A stretch of 64,000 bases of DNA from Oscillospiraceae bacterium (GCA_015066345.1 SVOQ01000002.1:58659-122658); one strand, 5' to 3'. Positions 20,617-28,970 are shown, counted from the stretch's first letter. Numbers and translations are program-made. The notes: generated from the letters alone by a model not told the origin.

Positions 20617-21444
20617 TTAGTTTTGAATATCACGCTGTTTAGATATCTCGTACATCAATATACCTGCGGCAACTGATGCATTAAGAGAGTTAATCTGCCC
20701 TTTCATAGGCATTGAAAGAATAACGTCGCATTTTTCTTTTACGAGCCTTCCCACACCTTTACCTTCGGAACCGATAACAAGTGCCACCGCACCTTTAAGG
20801 TCTGCGTTGTAGAAGGTTTCGCCATCCATATCCGCACAGTAAATCCAGACACCGCGTTCTTTAAGTTCATCAAGTGTCTGAGGGATATTAGTAACCCTTG
20901 CTACGTGCATAAATTCAACTGCACCTGCGGATGTTTTAGCAACGGCAAAGCTCAGGGGTGCACTACGTCTTTTGGGAACAATAACACCGTGAGCCCCTGC
21001 CGCCTCGGCAGTTCTTATTATAGCGCCCAGATTATGAGGGTCCTCAATCTCGTCGCAGACTATAATGAAGGGTGGCTCTCCTTTTTCCTCTGCCTTAGCA
21101 AAGATATCATCAACTGTTGAATATGCTTTAACCGCGCCCATTGCTATAACGCCCTGATGATTTGCGTGACCGCAAAGGAAGTCGAGTTTTTTACGGTCAA
21201 CCTCTTTTATTGGAATACCCGCATTTTTTGCATCCGCAAGAATCTTAGGCACTGAGCCTGAGCGTTCACCCCTTGCAACCATAACACTATCAAGGGGTCG
21301 CCCTGCTTTTATAGCCTCCTGAACGGAGTTTCTGCCGAAAATTATATCTTTTTCGTTTTGATTTTCTCTTTCAGAAAAATCATCTTTGTAACCGTCAAAC
21401 TTTTTCTTGCGGTCATTAAAATTATCGTTTTTATTTTTATACAT
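20617..21444 (-). CDS. rlmB: 23S rRNA (guanosine-2'-O)-methyltransferase, TrmH/SpoU family
   Basis: SpoU substrate-binding and methylase domains (DPHNLGAIIRTA, IGSEGKG). Start moved to MYKNKN because the listed N-terminal extension is translated repeat DNA. Confidence 0.85.
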   Translation of the reverse strand: MYKNKNDNFNDRKKKFDGYKDDFSERENQNEKDIIFGRNSVQEAIKAGRPLDSVMVARGERSGSVPKILADAKNAGIPIKEVDRKKLDFLCGHANHQGVIAMGAVKAYSTVDDIFAKAEEKGEPPFIIVCDEIEDPHNLGAIIRTAEAAGAHGVIVPKRRSAPLSFAVAKTSAGAVEFMHVARVTNIPQTLDELKERGVWIYCADMDGETFYNADLKGAVALVIGSEGKGVGRLVKEKCDVILSMPMKGQINSLNASVAAGILMYEISKQRDIQN

Positions 21445-21448
21445 AAAT

Positions 21449-21549
21449 AATTCCTTTTCTCGTCCCGAAGGGACATATCGTGCTAAAAGCATATCGCGTG
21501 CTTTAGCACATATCGCAAATTCCGTCAAGAATTTATATCGCTGTGGCTT
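21449..21549. repeat. 101-bp direct repeat, copy 1, flanking the four-helix-bundle gene
   Basis: 98/101 identical by eye to 21983..22083. Supplies the last 5 codons and stop of the four-helix-bundle gene and the Shine-Dalgarno region of rlmB. Confidence 0.9.
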
Positions 21550-21883
21550 TTTTCACTGTTGTTATGGAAGCAATGAGTTTCCTTCTAATTTTCCCGCATT
21601 TGTTATTAATATCAACAAACGTTTTTTCATTAATAGCGTTTACACCAAACAAAATTTCAAGCCAATATTCAGTTTCATAACATTCCTTCAGAGCAATTTC
21701 CATTTTGTGAATAAAATCTGCACGACTTTGAGCATATTTAGCTTCATGGACATTCGCTCCTATTGAAGAACAAGAACGCATAATCTGATTGGTGTATACT
21801 TTTCTGTTGTTTATAATATCGCAAATATTTGTAATTTCAATTGTTAATTCAACAGCCAATTCTTTTATTGTTTTTTCACTCAT
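21533..21883 (-). CDS. four-helix-bundle protein (23S rRNA IVS / Avd family)
   Basis: About 116 aa. SCSSIGANVHEAKYAQSRADFIHKMEIALKECYETEYWLEIL is the hallmark of this family. Start at MSEKT with an AGAGGT Shine-Dalgarno. Confidence 0.85.
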   Translation of the reverse strand: MSEKTIKELAVELTIEITNICDIINNRKVYTNQIMRSCSSIGANVHEAKYAQSRADFIHKMEIALKECYETEYWLEILFGVNAINEKTFVDINNKCGKIRRKLIASITTVKKATAI

Positions 21884-21982
21884 CCTACTACCTCTTTTGG
21901 CGATATACACACTTCGTGTGCACGATATATTTGCAACACAAATGCGATATAACCTCGCCTTGCTCGGTCGCGATATGATATA

Positions 21983-22083
21983 AATTCCTTTTCTCGTCCC
22001 GAAGGGACATATCGTGCTGAAAGCATATAGCGTGCTTTAGCACATATCGCAAATTCCGTCAGGAATTTATATCGCTGTGGCTT
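21983..22083. repeat. 101-bp direct repeat, copy 2
   Basis: See copy 1. Three substitutions. Lies 6 nt from the serS stop codon. Confidence 0.9.
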
Positions 22084-22089
22084 CGCCAC

Positions 22090-23376
22090 TTATGCCTTCG
22101 GCACAAGTTTTTCCTTACCGCCCATATAGGGTCTTAAGGCTACGGGAATGTTTACGCTACCGTCCTCGTTAAGGTTGTTTTCAAGGAATGCAATAAGCAT
22201 TCTGGGAGGAGCAACAACGGTGTTGTTAAGGGTATGGGGGAAGTACTTTTTATCCTTACCACCCGCACGGATTTTAAGGCGTCTTGCCTGAGCATCGGAA
22301 AGGTTTGAGCAAGAACCGACTTCAAAATACTTCTGCTGTCTGGGACTCCATGCCTCAACGTCAACAGATTTAACCTTAAGGTCTGCAAGGTCACCTGAGC
22401 AACACTCGAGAGTTCTTACGGGGATATCAAGTGAACGGAATAAATCAACTGTGTTTTTCCAGAGTTGGTCAAACCAATAGGGGCTTTCCTCGGGCTTACA
22501 AACAACAATCATTTCCTGCTTTTCAAACTGATGAATACGGTAAACACCGCGTTCCTCAATACCGTGAGCACCCTTTTCTTTACGGAAACAGGGAGAATAA
22601 CTTGTAAGTGTCTGGGGAAGTTTTTCCTCGGGAACAATTGTATCAATGAATTTACCAATCATTGAGTGTTCGCTTGTACCGATAAGGTAAAGGTCCTCAC
22701 CCTCGATTTTGTACATCATAGCGTCCATTTCCGCAAAACTCATAACGCCTGTAACAACGTTTGAACGAATCATAAAGGGAGGAATATAATATGTGAAACC
22801 ACGGTCAATCATAAAATCCCTTGCATAGGAAATAACCGCAGAATGAAGTCTTGCAATATCACCGCAAAGGTAGTAGAAACCGTTACCCGCTACTCTACCC
22901 GCACTGTCGAGATCGATACCGTCGAAACTTTCCATAATCTCACGGTGATAAGGAATTTCAAACTCGGGAACAACGGGGTCACCGAAACGCTCGATTTCAA
23001 CGTTTTCGGAGTCATCCTTACCAATAGGAACACTGGGGTCGATGATATTGGGAATAACCATCATAATATCGTTAACTTTCTTAGAAAGTTCAACCTCAAG
23101 ACCCTCAAGCTCTGCAAGACGTTTAGCATCTTCAGCAACCTGTTTTTTCATTGCCTCGGCTTCGTCTCTTTTGCCCTGAGCCATAAGAGCACCAATCATC
23201 TTACTGTTTTTATTTCTTGAAGCACGAAGGTTATCTGCTTCACCCTTAACCTTACGGCTTTCGGCATCAAGTTCAATTACCTCATCCACAAGGGCAAGTT
23301 TCTTATCCTGAAATTTATTTTTAATATTCTGTTTTACTATTTCGGGGTTCTCTCTTAAAAATTTAATATCTATCAT
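22090..23376 (-). CDS. serS: serine--tRNA ligase
   Basis: 428 aa. N-terminal coiled-coil arm and class II motifs (FRKEKGAHG, GSCSNLSDAQARR). Confidence 0.95.
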   Translation of the reverse strand: MIDIKFLRENPEIVKQNIKNKFQDKKLALVDEVIELDAESRKVKGEADNLRASRNKNSKMIGALMAQGKRDEAEAMKKQVAEDAKRLAELEGLEVELSKKVNDIMMVIPNIIDPSVPIGKDDSENVEIERFGDPVVPEFEIPYHREIMESFDGIDLDSAGRVAGNGFYYLCGDIARLHSAVISYARDFMIDRGFTYYIPPFMIRSNVVTGVMSFAEMDAMMYKIEGEDLYLIGTSEHSMIGKFIDTIVPEEKLPQTLTSYSPCFRKEKGAHGIEERGVYRIHQFEKQEMIVVCKPEESPYWFDQLWKNTVDLFRSLDIPVRTLECCSGDLADLKVKSVDVEAWSPRQQKYFEVGSCSNLSDAQARRLKIRAGGKDKKYFPHTLNNTVVAPPRMLIAFLENNLNEDGSVNIPVALRPYMGGKEKLVPKA

Positions 23377-23391
23377 TTTTCCTACTCCTTT

Positions 23392-24252
23392 TTACTCGTT
23401 ATCAAATATCTTCAAAAGTTTTTTAAGGTCGTCATCATCAAAAAACTCGATTTCCAATGAACCTTTTTTACTTGATTTTGTAACCTTTACCTGCCGTCCC
23501 AATACATCGGAAAGAGCAAGTTCAACTTCATCATAATAGGGGTTGCGTTTTTTTCCTTTCTTACCCGATTTAACATCGCTTATGGATTTTCTTGCAAGTC
23601 TTTCGGTAGTTCTTACGGATAAGTCCTCTTTAACAACCAACTTTGCAAGTTCTATTCTGTAATCTTCATCGGAAGCAGTGAGAATAGCTTTAGCATGTCC
23701 TGCGGAAAGTTCGCCTTTCATAACCATTTCCTGTACTTCCTCGGGAAGTGCAAGAAGTCTTAAGGCGTTAGCCACCGCCGAACGGGAACGACCGACGATT
23801 TCGGAAATTTCCTCCTGAGTGTATCCGTATTTTTCGGAAAGTTCTTTGTAACCGTTTGCTTCTTCAAGGGGATTCAAGTCCTCACGTTGAACATTTTCAA
23901 CGAGAGCAAGTTCCGCAACCTGAGCATCGGTTAATTCTTTTATTACTACGGGAACTTCCGTAAGACCCGCCATTCTTGAAGCACGCCAACGACGTTCACC
24001 CGCTACGAGCTGATAACTGCCGTCAAGCATCGGTCTTACAAGAAGCGGTTGTAAAACACCGTGTTTTAATATGCTTTCGGAAAGTTCACGGAGTGCATCT
24101 TCGTCAAAGTGCTTTCGGGGTTGGTCGCGGTTGGGTTCAATATCCGTTAATTTAACCTTTACGGCACCGGCACTGGATGATAACTCTTCAACAGAATTAT
24201 CTAACATAATTGCATCAAAACCTCTGCCGAGACCTGATTTTTTAACTGCCAT
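23392..24252 (-). CDS. parB: ParB/Spo0J chromosome partitioning protein
   Basis: GLGRGFDA, the LLVRP...Y.LVAGERRWRA box and an HTH region. Confidence 0.9.
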   Translation of the reverse strand: MAVKKSGLGRGFDAIMLDNSVEELSSSAGAVKVKLTDIEPNRDQPRKHFDEDALRELSESILKHGVLQPLLVRPMLDGSYQLVAGERRWRASRMAGLTEVPVVIKELTDAQVAELALVENVQREDLNPLEEANGYKELSEKYGYTQEEISEIVGRSRSAVANALRLLALPEEVQEMVMKGELSAGHAKAILTASDEDYRIELAKLVVKEDLSVRTTERLARKSISDVKSGKKGKKRNPYYDEVELALSDVLGRQVKVTKSSKKGSLEIEFFDDDDLKKLLKIFDNE

Positions 24253-24262
24253 TTATCTCACC

Positions 24263-25024
24263 TTAATTCATTTTCAAAAATTCTTCCGCCAAAGCGGTGT
24301 AGCTTTCGCTACCTCTCGAAGCACGGTCATAATAAATAACCGGTTCGCCGAATGAGGGAGCCTCAGAAAGTCTTACGTTACGGGGAATAACCGTTGCATA
24401 AACTTTTTTCGGAAAAAAGTTTTTAACCTCCGCAACCACCTGTTGAGTAAGATTAAGTCTTCCGTCGTACATAGTAAGAAGAACACCCTCAAGCTCTATG
24501 TAAGGATTATAAAGTCTTTTTATGGTACGCACCGTAGCCATAAGCTGTGAGAGACCCTCAAGTGCGTAGTATTCGCATTGAATGGGAACTATGAAACTAT
24601 CCGACGCAGTAAGTGCGTTGAGAGTTATAAGTCCCAATGAAGGGGGACAATCGAAGAAAATAAAATCATAATTTTCCTGAATTGTAGCGAGGGCATTTTT
24701 TAAAAGTGCCTCACGCTTGTCCATTACCGCAAGTTCTAATTCCGCACCTGCCAGGTTAATATTTGAGGGTATAATATCAACGCCCTGAAATTTTGTTTTT
24801 ATAATTGCCTGAGCGGCACTGCAGGAGCCTATAAGCAATTCGTAGGAAGTGGCGGTAAGATTTTTACGTGAAATACCGTAACCGCTGGTGGTGTTACCCT
24901 GGGGATCAATATCAACAAGAAGTATTCTTTTTCCCAAGGCACCTAAAGCGGCGGCAAGATTCACGGCACTTGTGGTTTTACCCACGCCACCCTTCTGATT
25001 AACAATCGAAATAATTTTAGCCAT
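24263..25024 (-). CDS. parA: ParA/Soj ATPase
   Basis: Deviant Walker A NQKGGVGKTT. 253 aa. Immediately upstream of parB. Confidence 0.9.
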   Translation of the reverse strand: MAKIISIVNQKGGVGKTTSAVNLAAALGALGKRILLVDIDPQGNTTSGYGISRKNLTATSYELLIGSCSAAQAIIKTKFQGVDIIPSNINLAGAELELAVMDKREALLKNALATIQENYDFIFFDCPPSLGLITLNALTASDSFIVPIQCEYYALEGLSQLMATVRTIKRLYNPYIELEGVLLTMYDGRLNLTQQVVAEVKNFFPKKVYATVIPRNVRLSEAPSFGEPVIYYDRASRGSESYTALAEEFLKMN

Positions 25025-25126
25025 TAATATATCCTTCCGTGCTTCAATACATAAGCACCCAATTTTCCTATTATATATACATAACTTAGTATATCATATA
25101 TATAATAAAAAGGGAATAGATAAACA

Positions 25127-25161
25127 CAAAAAAATCCCGTCAAAAATGACAGGATTTTTTT
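25127..25161. terminator. bidirectional hairpin terminator downstream of the rsmF-like gene and its repeat-containing 3' UTR
   Basis: ATCCCGTCA-AAAA-TGACAGGAT stem (1 mismatch) with flanking A-run and T-run. Confidence 0.6.
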
Positions 25162-25283
25162 AGTTAAGAGATAAGAGAGAACAGATAAAAGAATCGGGGC
25201 TAACGCCGATTGTATTCACGTTTTGCGTAAGCAAAATATATCGCATCCAACGGATATATCGCGCGTTAGCATATCGCACCGAA

Positions 25284-25346
25284 GGGCATATAATGCCGAC
25301 CACAGGTCCCGACAATTATGCATTAAGCATTACGAATTCCGAATTA
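25284..25346. repeat. intergenic repeat module, copy 2 (partner at 3271..3337)
   Basis: ATAATGCCGACCACAGGTCCCGACAATTA-TGCATTAAGCATT-ACGAATTCCGAATTA. It ends exactly on the stop codon of the rsmF-like gene. Confidence 0.8.
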
Positions 25347-26705
25347 TTTTATTCTCAACCCTTTGGGATAATGATTCTTTGCTCTGCCGTTTACGACTTT
25401 TGCACCGCCTGAAGCACAACCATTGACCATTACTACCGCCCAACCATTGGGGAAATCGGTGTCAAATTCTTCACCGTGAAGATACTTTTTAAGATCTTCA
25501 CTATCGGGTGAAAGCTCGATTTTTCTTTTGAAGTTTTCACCCATTCCCATAAAGAATTGATGATGGGGTTGAATGTAGTTTTTACGCACCTCACCGATAG
25601 TAATACCCATTGAAAAAACCGTTGCTTTTTCAACCTTAAAATCGGGGTCAAAATATACGGGTGTACCCTTATGTAAAAGCACATTTTCTCTATCATAATA
25701 CACAAGTGTATCATCGAGGAAATCGTAAATAACCTTGTCAATTTTATCGTTCTTTTTACCTTTTACGGGGGCATAATTATTAGCGGAATTTGTATTATGA
25801 AGCACCGCCGCAAACTGACCTTCACCCTTGTTTTTATGGGGATAAAATCGTCTTGCAAAATGTATATTTTCACACTGGCAACCGTCAAATTTAATACCGT
25901 CACAGGTGTTTTCTTCTACTATTTCCGGCACTTTTACAATCTCGAAATCAGGATGATTTTTCAGAAAATCATCAATAATTTTCTCGTTTTCATCCAATGA
26001 AAAAGTACAGGTTGCGTACACAATATAACCGCCGTTTTTAAGGCATTTCGTGGCATTTTCGAGGATTTCCTTTTGCCTTAAAGCACAGTTTTTTACATTT
26101 TCCTCGCTCCATTCGTCAATGGCAATTTCCTCTTTTCTGAACATTCCCTCACCCGAGCAGGGTGCGTCAACCATAATTAAATCAAAGGTTTCAGGGAAAA
26201 CCGAGGCGAGTTTTTTAGTATCCATACAGGTGGTTACAACGTTTTTAAGACCGAGTCTTTCAACGTTACCCGTAAGAATTTTACACCTTGACGGAACAAT
26301 CTCGTTAGAAACAAGAACACCATTTTCGCCCAACGTATTCTTAAGTTGAGTGCTTTTACCACCGGGTGCGGCACACATATCTAAAACGCACCAATCAGGG
26401 TCAATTTCAACGCATTCCGCAGGCATCATAGCCCCCGGCTCCTGAACATAAATCATACCCGCGTGGTGGTAGGGATGATTACCGATTTTTTCATCCTCAA
26501 AGTAAAAACCGTTTTCAACATAGGGGATTTTTTCGGTAACAAATGGGTTGATTTTAAGGAAATCTTGCACCGAGATTTTATCAGTATTGACCCTGAATGC
26601 CCTTACGGGATTATCTTCCAAAGACTTTATATAATTATCAAAATCATCACCTAAAAGAAATTTCATTCTTTCGGCGAATTTTTCGGGTAATGCTTTCATT
26701 TTCAT
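25344..26705 (-). CDS. RsmB/RsmF (NOL1/NOP2/Sun) family RNA m5C methyltransferase
   Basis: DMCAAPGGKST and DAPCSGEGMFRK motifs, with a C-terminal PUA-like extension. Confidence 0.85.
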   Translation of the reverse strand: MKMKALPEKFAERMKFLLGDDFDNYIKSLEDNPVRAFRVNTDKISVQDFLKINPFVTEKIPYVENGFYFEDEKIGNHPYHHAGMIYVQEPGAMMPAECVEIDPDWCVLDMCAAPGGKSTQLKNTLGENGVLVSNEIVPSRCKILTGNVERLGLKNVVTTCMDTKKLASVFPETFDLIMVDAPCSGEGMFRKEEIAIDEWSEENVKNCALRQKEILENATKCLKNGGYIVYATCTFSLDENEKIIDDFLKNHPDFEIVKVPEIVEENTCDGIKFDGCQCENIHFARRFYPHKNKGEGQFAAVLHNTNSANNYAPVKGKKNDKIDKVIYDFLDDTLVYYDRENVLLHKGTPVYFDPDFKVEKATVFSMGITIGEVRKNYIQPHHQFFMGMGENFKRKIELSPDSEDLKKYLHGEEFDTDFPNGWAVVMVNGCASGGAKVVNGRAKNHYPKGLRIK

Positions 26706-27451
26706 TCGACCTCAATATTCATTTCCGCGTAAAGCATACACATACTAAGTGCAGTAATAGCCGCCGTCTCGGTACGTAAAATTCTTTTACCCAAGGACAC
26801 AATAAGACCACCCGAATTTTCGGCAAGTTCAATTTCCTTTTCGTCAAAACCGCCCTCGGGACCAATAAGAATACCGACTTTCATACCCTTTTGCATTTTT
26901 GAAAGTGCATTTTTAGTTGACTTCATACCCTCTTTTGACTCGTAGGGAACAATAAAAAGGTCCATTTCCTCAGCCATTTTCAAGGCATTTTTAAAGGACA
27001 TAATCTCAAAAACTTCGGGAATCACCGTTCTTTTACTCTGCTTTGCGGCACTTTCGGAAATCGCCTGCCAACGGCTCTGTTTACTTTTCTTTTTCTTTTC
27101 CTCAACCTTTACAACGCATCGGCTCATTTCAACGGGAATTACGCCCTCAGCACCAAGCTCAACCGCTTTTTGAATAACAAGTTCCATTTTATCGCTCTTG
27201 GGAAGCCCCTGAAAAAGATAGAGTTTAACGGGCAAACTTGTATCCTGATAGTTTTCTTGTGTTATTTTAGCAATGGCGGTATCCCCCGTAATTTCCTCGA
27301 GAACGCACAAATCACTTTTACCGTTCAGGCTGACTAAAAATTCGTCCCCCACCTTCATACGAAGAACATTTTTAATATGATTATAGTCCCCGTCGGTGAT
27401 ATAATAAAAATCCCCGTTGCGGTTACTGTCATTTACAAAAAAATTATGCAT
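26702..27451 (-). CDS. rsmE: 16S rRNA (uracil1498-N3)-methyltransferase
   Basis: 249 aa. SPOUT C-terminus with IGPEGGF. 4-nt overlap with the downstream gene. Confidence 0.85.
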   Translation of the reverse strand: MHNFFVNDSNRNGDFYYITDGDYNHIKNVLRMKVGDEFLVSLNGKSDLCVLEEITGDTAIAKITQENYQDTSLPVKLYLFQGLPKSDKMELVIQKAVELGAEGVIPVEMSRCVVKVEEKKKKSKQSRWQAISESAAKQSKRTVIPEVFEIMSFKNALKMAEEMDLFIVPYESKEGMKSTKNALSKMQKGMKVGILIGPEGGFDEKEIELAENSGGLIVSLGKRILRTETAAITALSMCMLYAEMNIEVE

Positions 27452-27488
27452 TGTAACACATCCTTTTGGATTTCAAAAAACAATTTAA

Positions 27489-28427
27489 TTATTTAAAATA
27501 TTTGTGACAATTAGCTTTTAAAAACTCTTTAATTTCGCCTGTATCTTTATCTTCGTAATATCTTACAAGAAGTTTTTTAAACTGCGGAACATTGGATTCC
27601 GGTATTACGAGAAGCCCCCCTGCATTTGCAATAAGATAATGATTTGCGAAGATAACAGCTGTCCGTTTGTTACCGTCATTGAAAATCTGGGTTTTCATAC
27701 AATAGAGGCATAATTCAATTGCAATATCAAGTGTGTCAGCTTGGCTGTCTGTTATAGCTTTAATATTTTCCATAACAACAGTTTCAATAGGCATTGGAGG
27801 TTTGTATGTTGTTCCCCCAATGGTTACAGGGACACCTCTTATCCTGCCACCATTTGTGAAAAAACCTTCATTAACAAGTCTTGCGATATGGCAAAGCACA
27901 GAATAATCACTCTTAACCTGAAGCACATCTTTATCAAGAATAAATTCCCAGGCGTGTTTAAGGTTAAGAATTTTTTGTACGTCGGTTGCAGTTACACCAT
28001 TAACAGTTCCATTCTCAATAATGTCCTCAGTTTGCGGGAATGATGTTGCAACACCCTCGAGAACCGCCTGTTCATATATGGAAAGTTTCATATTAGTTCT
28101 TGCAAAATCGAGATTAAGAATAACATCAGCAGAGAGTTCATTTTCAATAAAGCCCACCTCTGCAAGTTGTTTCTCAATCTTACGAATTTGCTTTTTCAGT
28201 TCTCTGCCTTCCTTGTTATTACGAAGCAAAAGCTGATAAAGGTCATCTGAATATACGTCCACGTAAGTTGATGTCACACGACTACCCACCCGTTTACGGA
28301 CATACAAATATTTTCCGCTCTGATTTTCTTTGATTTCGGGAGTCCCGTCATAAGGCAACAAATGTAAACGTGCAAACAAATCCGCACGTTGTTGCAATAA
28401 CTCCTGAATTTCAGGTAAATTGTTCAT
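27489..28427 (-). CDS. Fido-domain protein with a Doc-type motif variant (QIFNDGNKRTAV)
   Basis: The C-terminal block TQIFNDGNKRTAVIFANHYL resembles the P1 Doc HIFNDANKRTAL. Start moved to MNNLPE (AAGGTG Shine-Dalgarno 8 nt upstream). Confidence 0.65.
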   Translation of the reverse strand: MNNLPEIQELLQQRADLFARLHLLPYDGTPEIKENQSGKYLYVRKRVGSRVTSTYVDVYSDDLYQLLLRNNKEGRELKKQIRKIEKQLAEVGFIENELSADVILNLDFARTNMKLSIYEQAVLEGVATSFPQTEDIIENGTVNGVTATDVQKILNLKHAWEFILDKDVLQVKSDYSVLCHIARLVNEGFFTNGGRIRGVPVTIGGTTYKPPMPIETVVMENIKAITDSQADTLDIAIELCLYCMKTQIFNDGNKRTAVIFANHYLIANAGGLLVIPESNVPQFKKLLVRYYEDKDTGEIKEFLKANCHKYFK

Positions 28428-28439
28428 AATATCAACACC

Positions 28440-28542
28440 TTTAGGGAACATTTCTCTTAAAATTATAGTTATTCGTTCCCTAAAAGTCAATATATTTTAG
28501 GGAACATTTTGCGTTTTTACAACACTATTTGTTCCCTAAAAG
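28440..28542 (-). promoter_or_regulatory. consensus sigma-A promoter of the Fido gene embedded in two copies of an 11-bp inverted repeat (candidate operators)
   Basis: Minus strand reads TTGACT (28485-28490), 17 nt, TATAAT (28462-28467). TTTAGGGAAC..N..GTTCCCTAAAAG occurs at 28440-28486 (spans the -10 box and the Shine-Dalgarno) and at 28495-28542 (upstream of the -35 box). Confidence 0.7.
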
Positions 28543-28622
28543 ATTATGATTATGAATATTAATATATAATTAAAGAAAATTACCAAAACTATTATTCAAA
28601 AATTATTTTTACACTAAAAACC

Positions 28623-28651
28623 TTGACAATGGCTTAAACAATATGTATAAT
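28623..28651 (+). promoter_or_regulatory. consensus sigma-A promoter for tRNA-Thr
   Basis: TTGACA, 17 nt, TATAAT, with an AT-rich upstream region. Lies about 27 nt before the tRNA 5' end. Confidence 0.75.
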
Positions 28652-28677
28652 ATCATTTGCTTGACGAGTAAGCATCT

Positions 28678-28753
28678 GCTGATATAGCTCAGGTGGTAGA
28701 GTGCATCCTTGGTAAGGATGAGGTCACCGGTTCGAATCCGGTTATCAGCTCCA
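28678..28753 (+). tRNA. tRNA-Thr (anticodon GGT), CCA encoded
   Basis: Manual cloverleaf: acceptor GCTGATA/TATCAGC, D arm GCTC..GAG, anticodon stem CATCC/GGATG with loop TTGGTAA, T arm ACCGG-TTCGAAT-CCGGT, discriminator T, CCA. Confidence 0.9.
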
Positions 28754-28757
28754 AAAT

Positions 28758-28790
28758 AAAGGACTTCTTCGGAAGTCCTTTATTTTTTTG
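28758..28790 (+). terminator. intrinsic terminator after tRNA-Thr
   Basis: AAAGGACTTC-TTCG-GAAGTCCTTT followed by a T7 run. Confidence 0.85.
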
Positions 28791-28796
28791 TTTTTA

Positions 28797-28825
28797 TTGA
28801 TATTTCCATAATTTTGTGATATCCT
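28797..28825 (+). promoter_or_regulatory. candidate extended -10 promoter for the structured leader/sRNA
   Basis: TTGATA, 17 nt, TGaTATCCT. The predicted start falls at the base of the 116-nt hairpin. Confidence 0.4.
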
Positions 28826-28830
28826 AAAGT

Positions 28831-28946
28831 TACCACACAAAATTCAATATAGTTATTTACATAGAAGTGGCATTTTTGTCTTATGGCAAAAGTGCGGACT
28901 TCTCTATTCGCATTTCTGTGTAAATAGCGATGAATTTTGTGTGGTA
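28831..28946 (+). ncRNA. 116-nt nested inverted repeat (candidate sRNA or 5' leader; alternatively a MITE-like DNA palindrome)
   Basis: Outer 15-bp perfect arms TACCACACAAAATTC/GAATTTTGTGTGGTA. Inner arms TATTTACA/TGTAAATA and GAAGT/ACTTC. Confidence 0.4.
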
Positions 28947-28970
28947 GCAAATCGAAGTTCCGCATTTTTC

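Noticed and set aside
21880-22089. 69-aa ORF, and the 28-aa N-terminal extension of the rlmB ORF (21445-21528).
   Set aside because: Both are translations of the 101-bp direct repeat (shared EFAICAKAR..ARYVPSGREKE). rlmB has a normal start at 21444.
23377-23391. Expected T-box leader upstream of serS.
   Set aside because: Only 15 nt separate the parB stop from the serS start, so no room for a T-box exists. serS appears to be co-transcribed with parB.
24851-24880. parS-like sequence TTTTTACGTGAAAT inside parA.
   Set aside because: About four mismatches to the 16-bp TGTTTCACGTGAAACA consensus, including the central CACGTG. Not supported.
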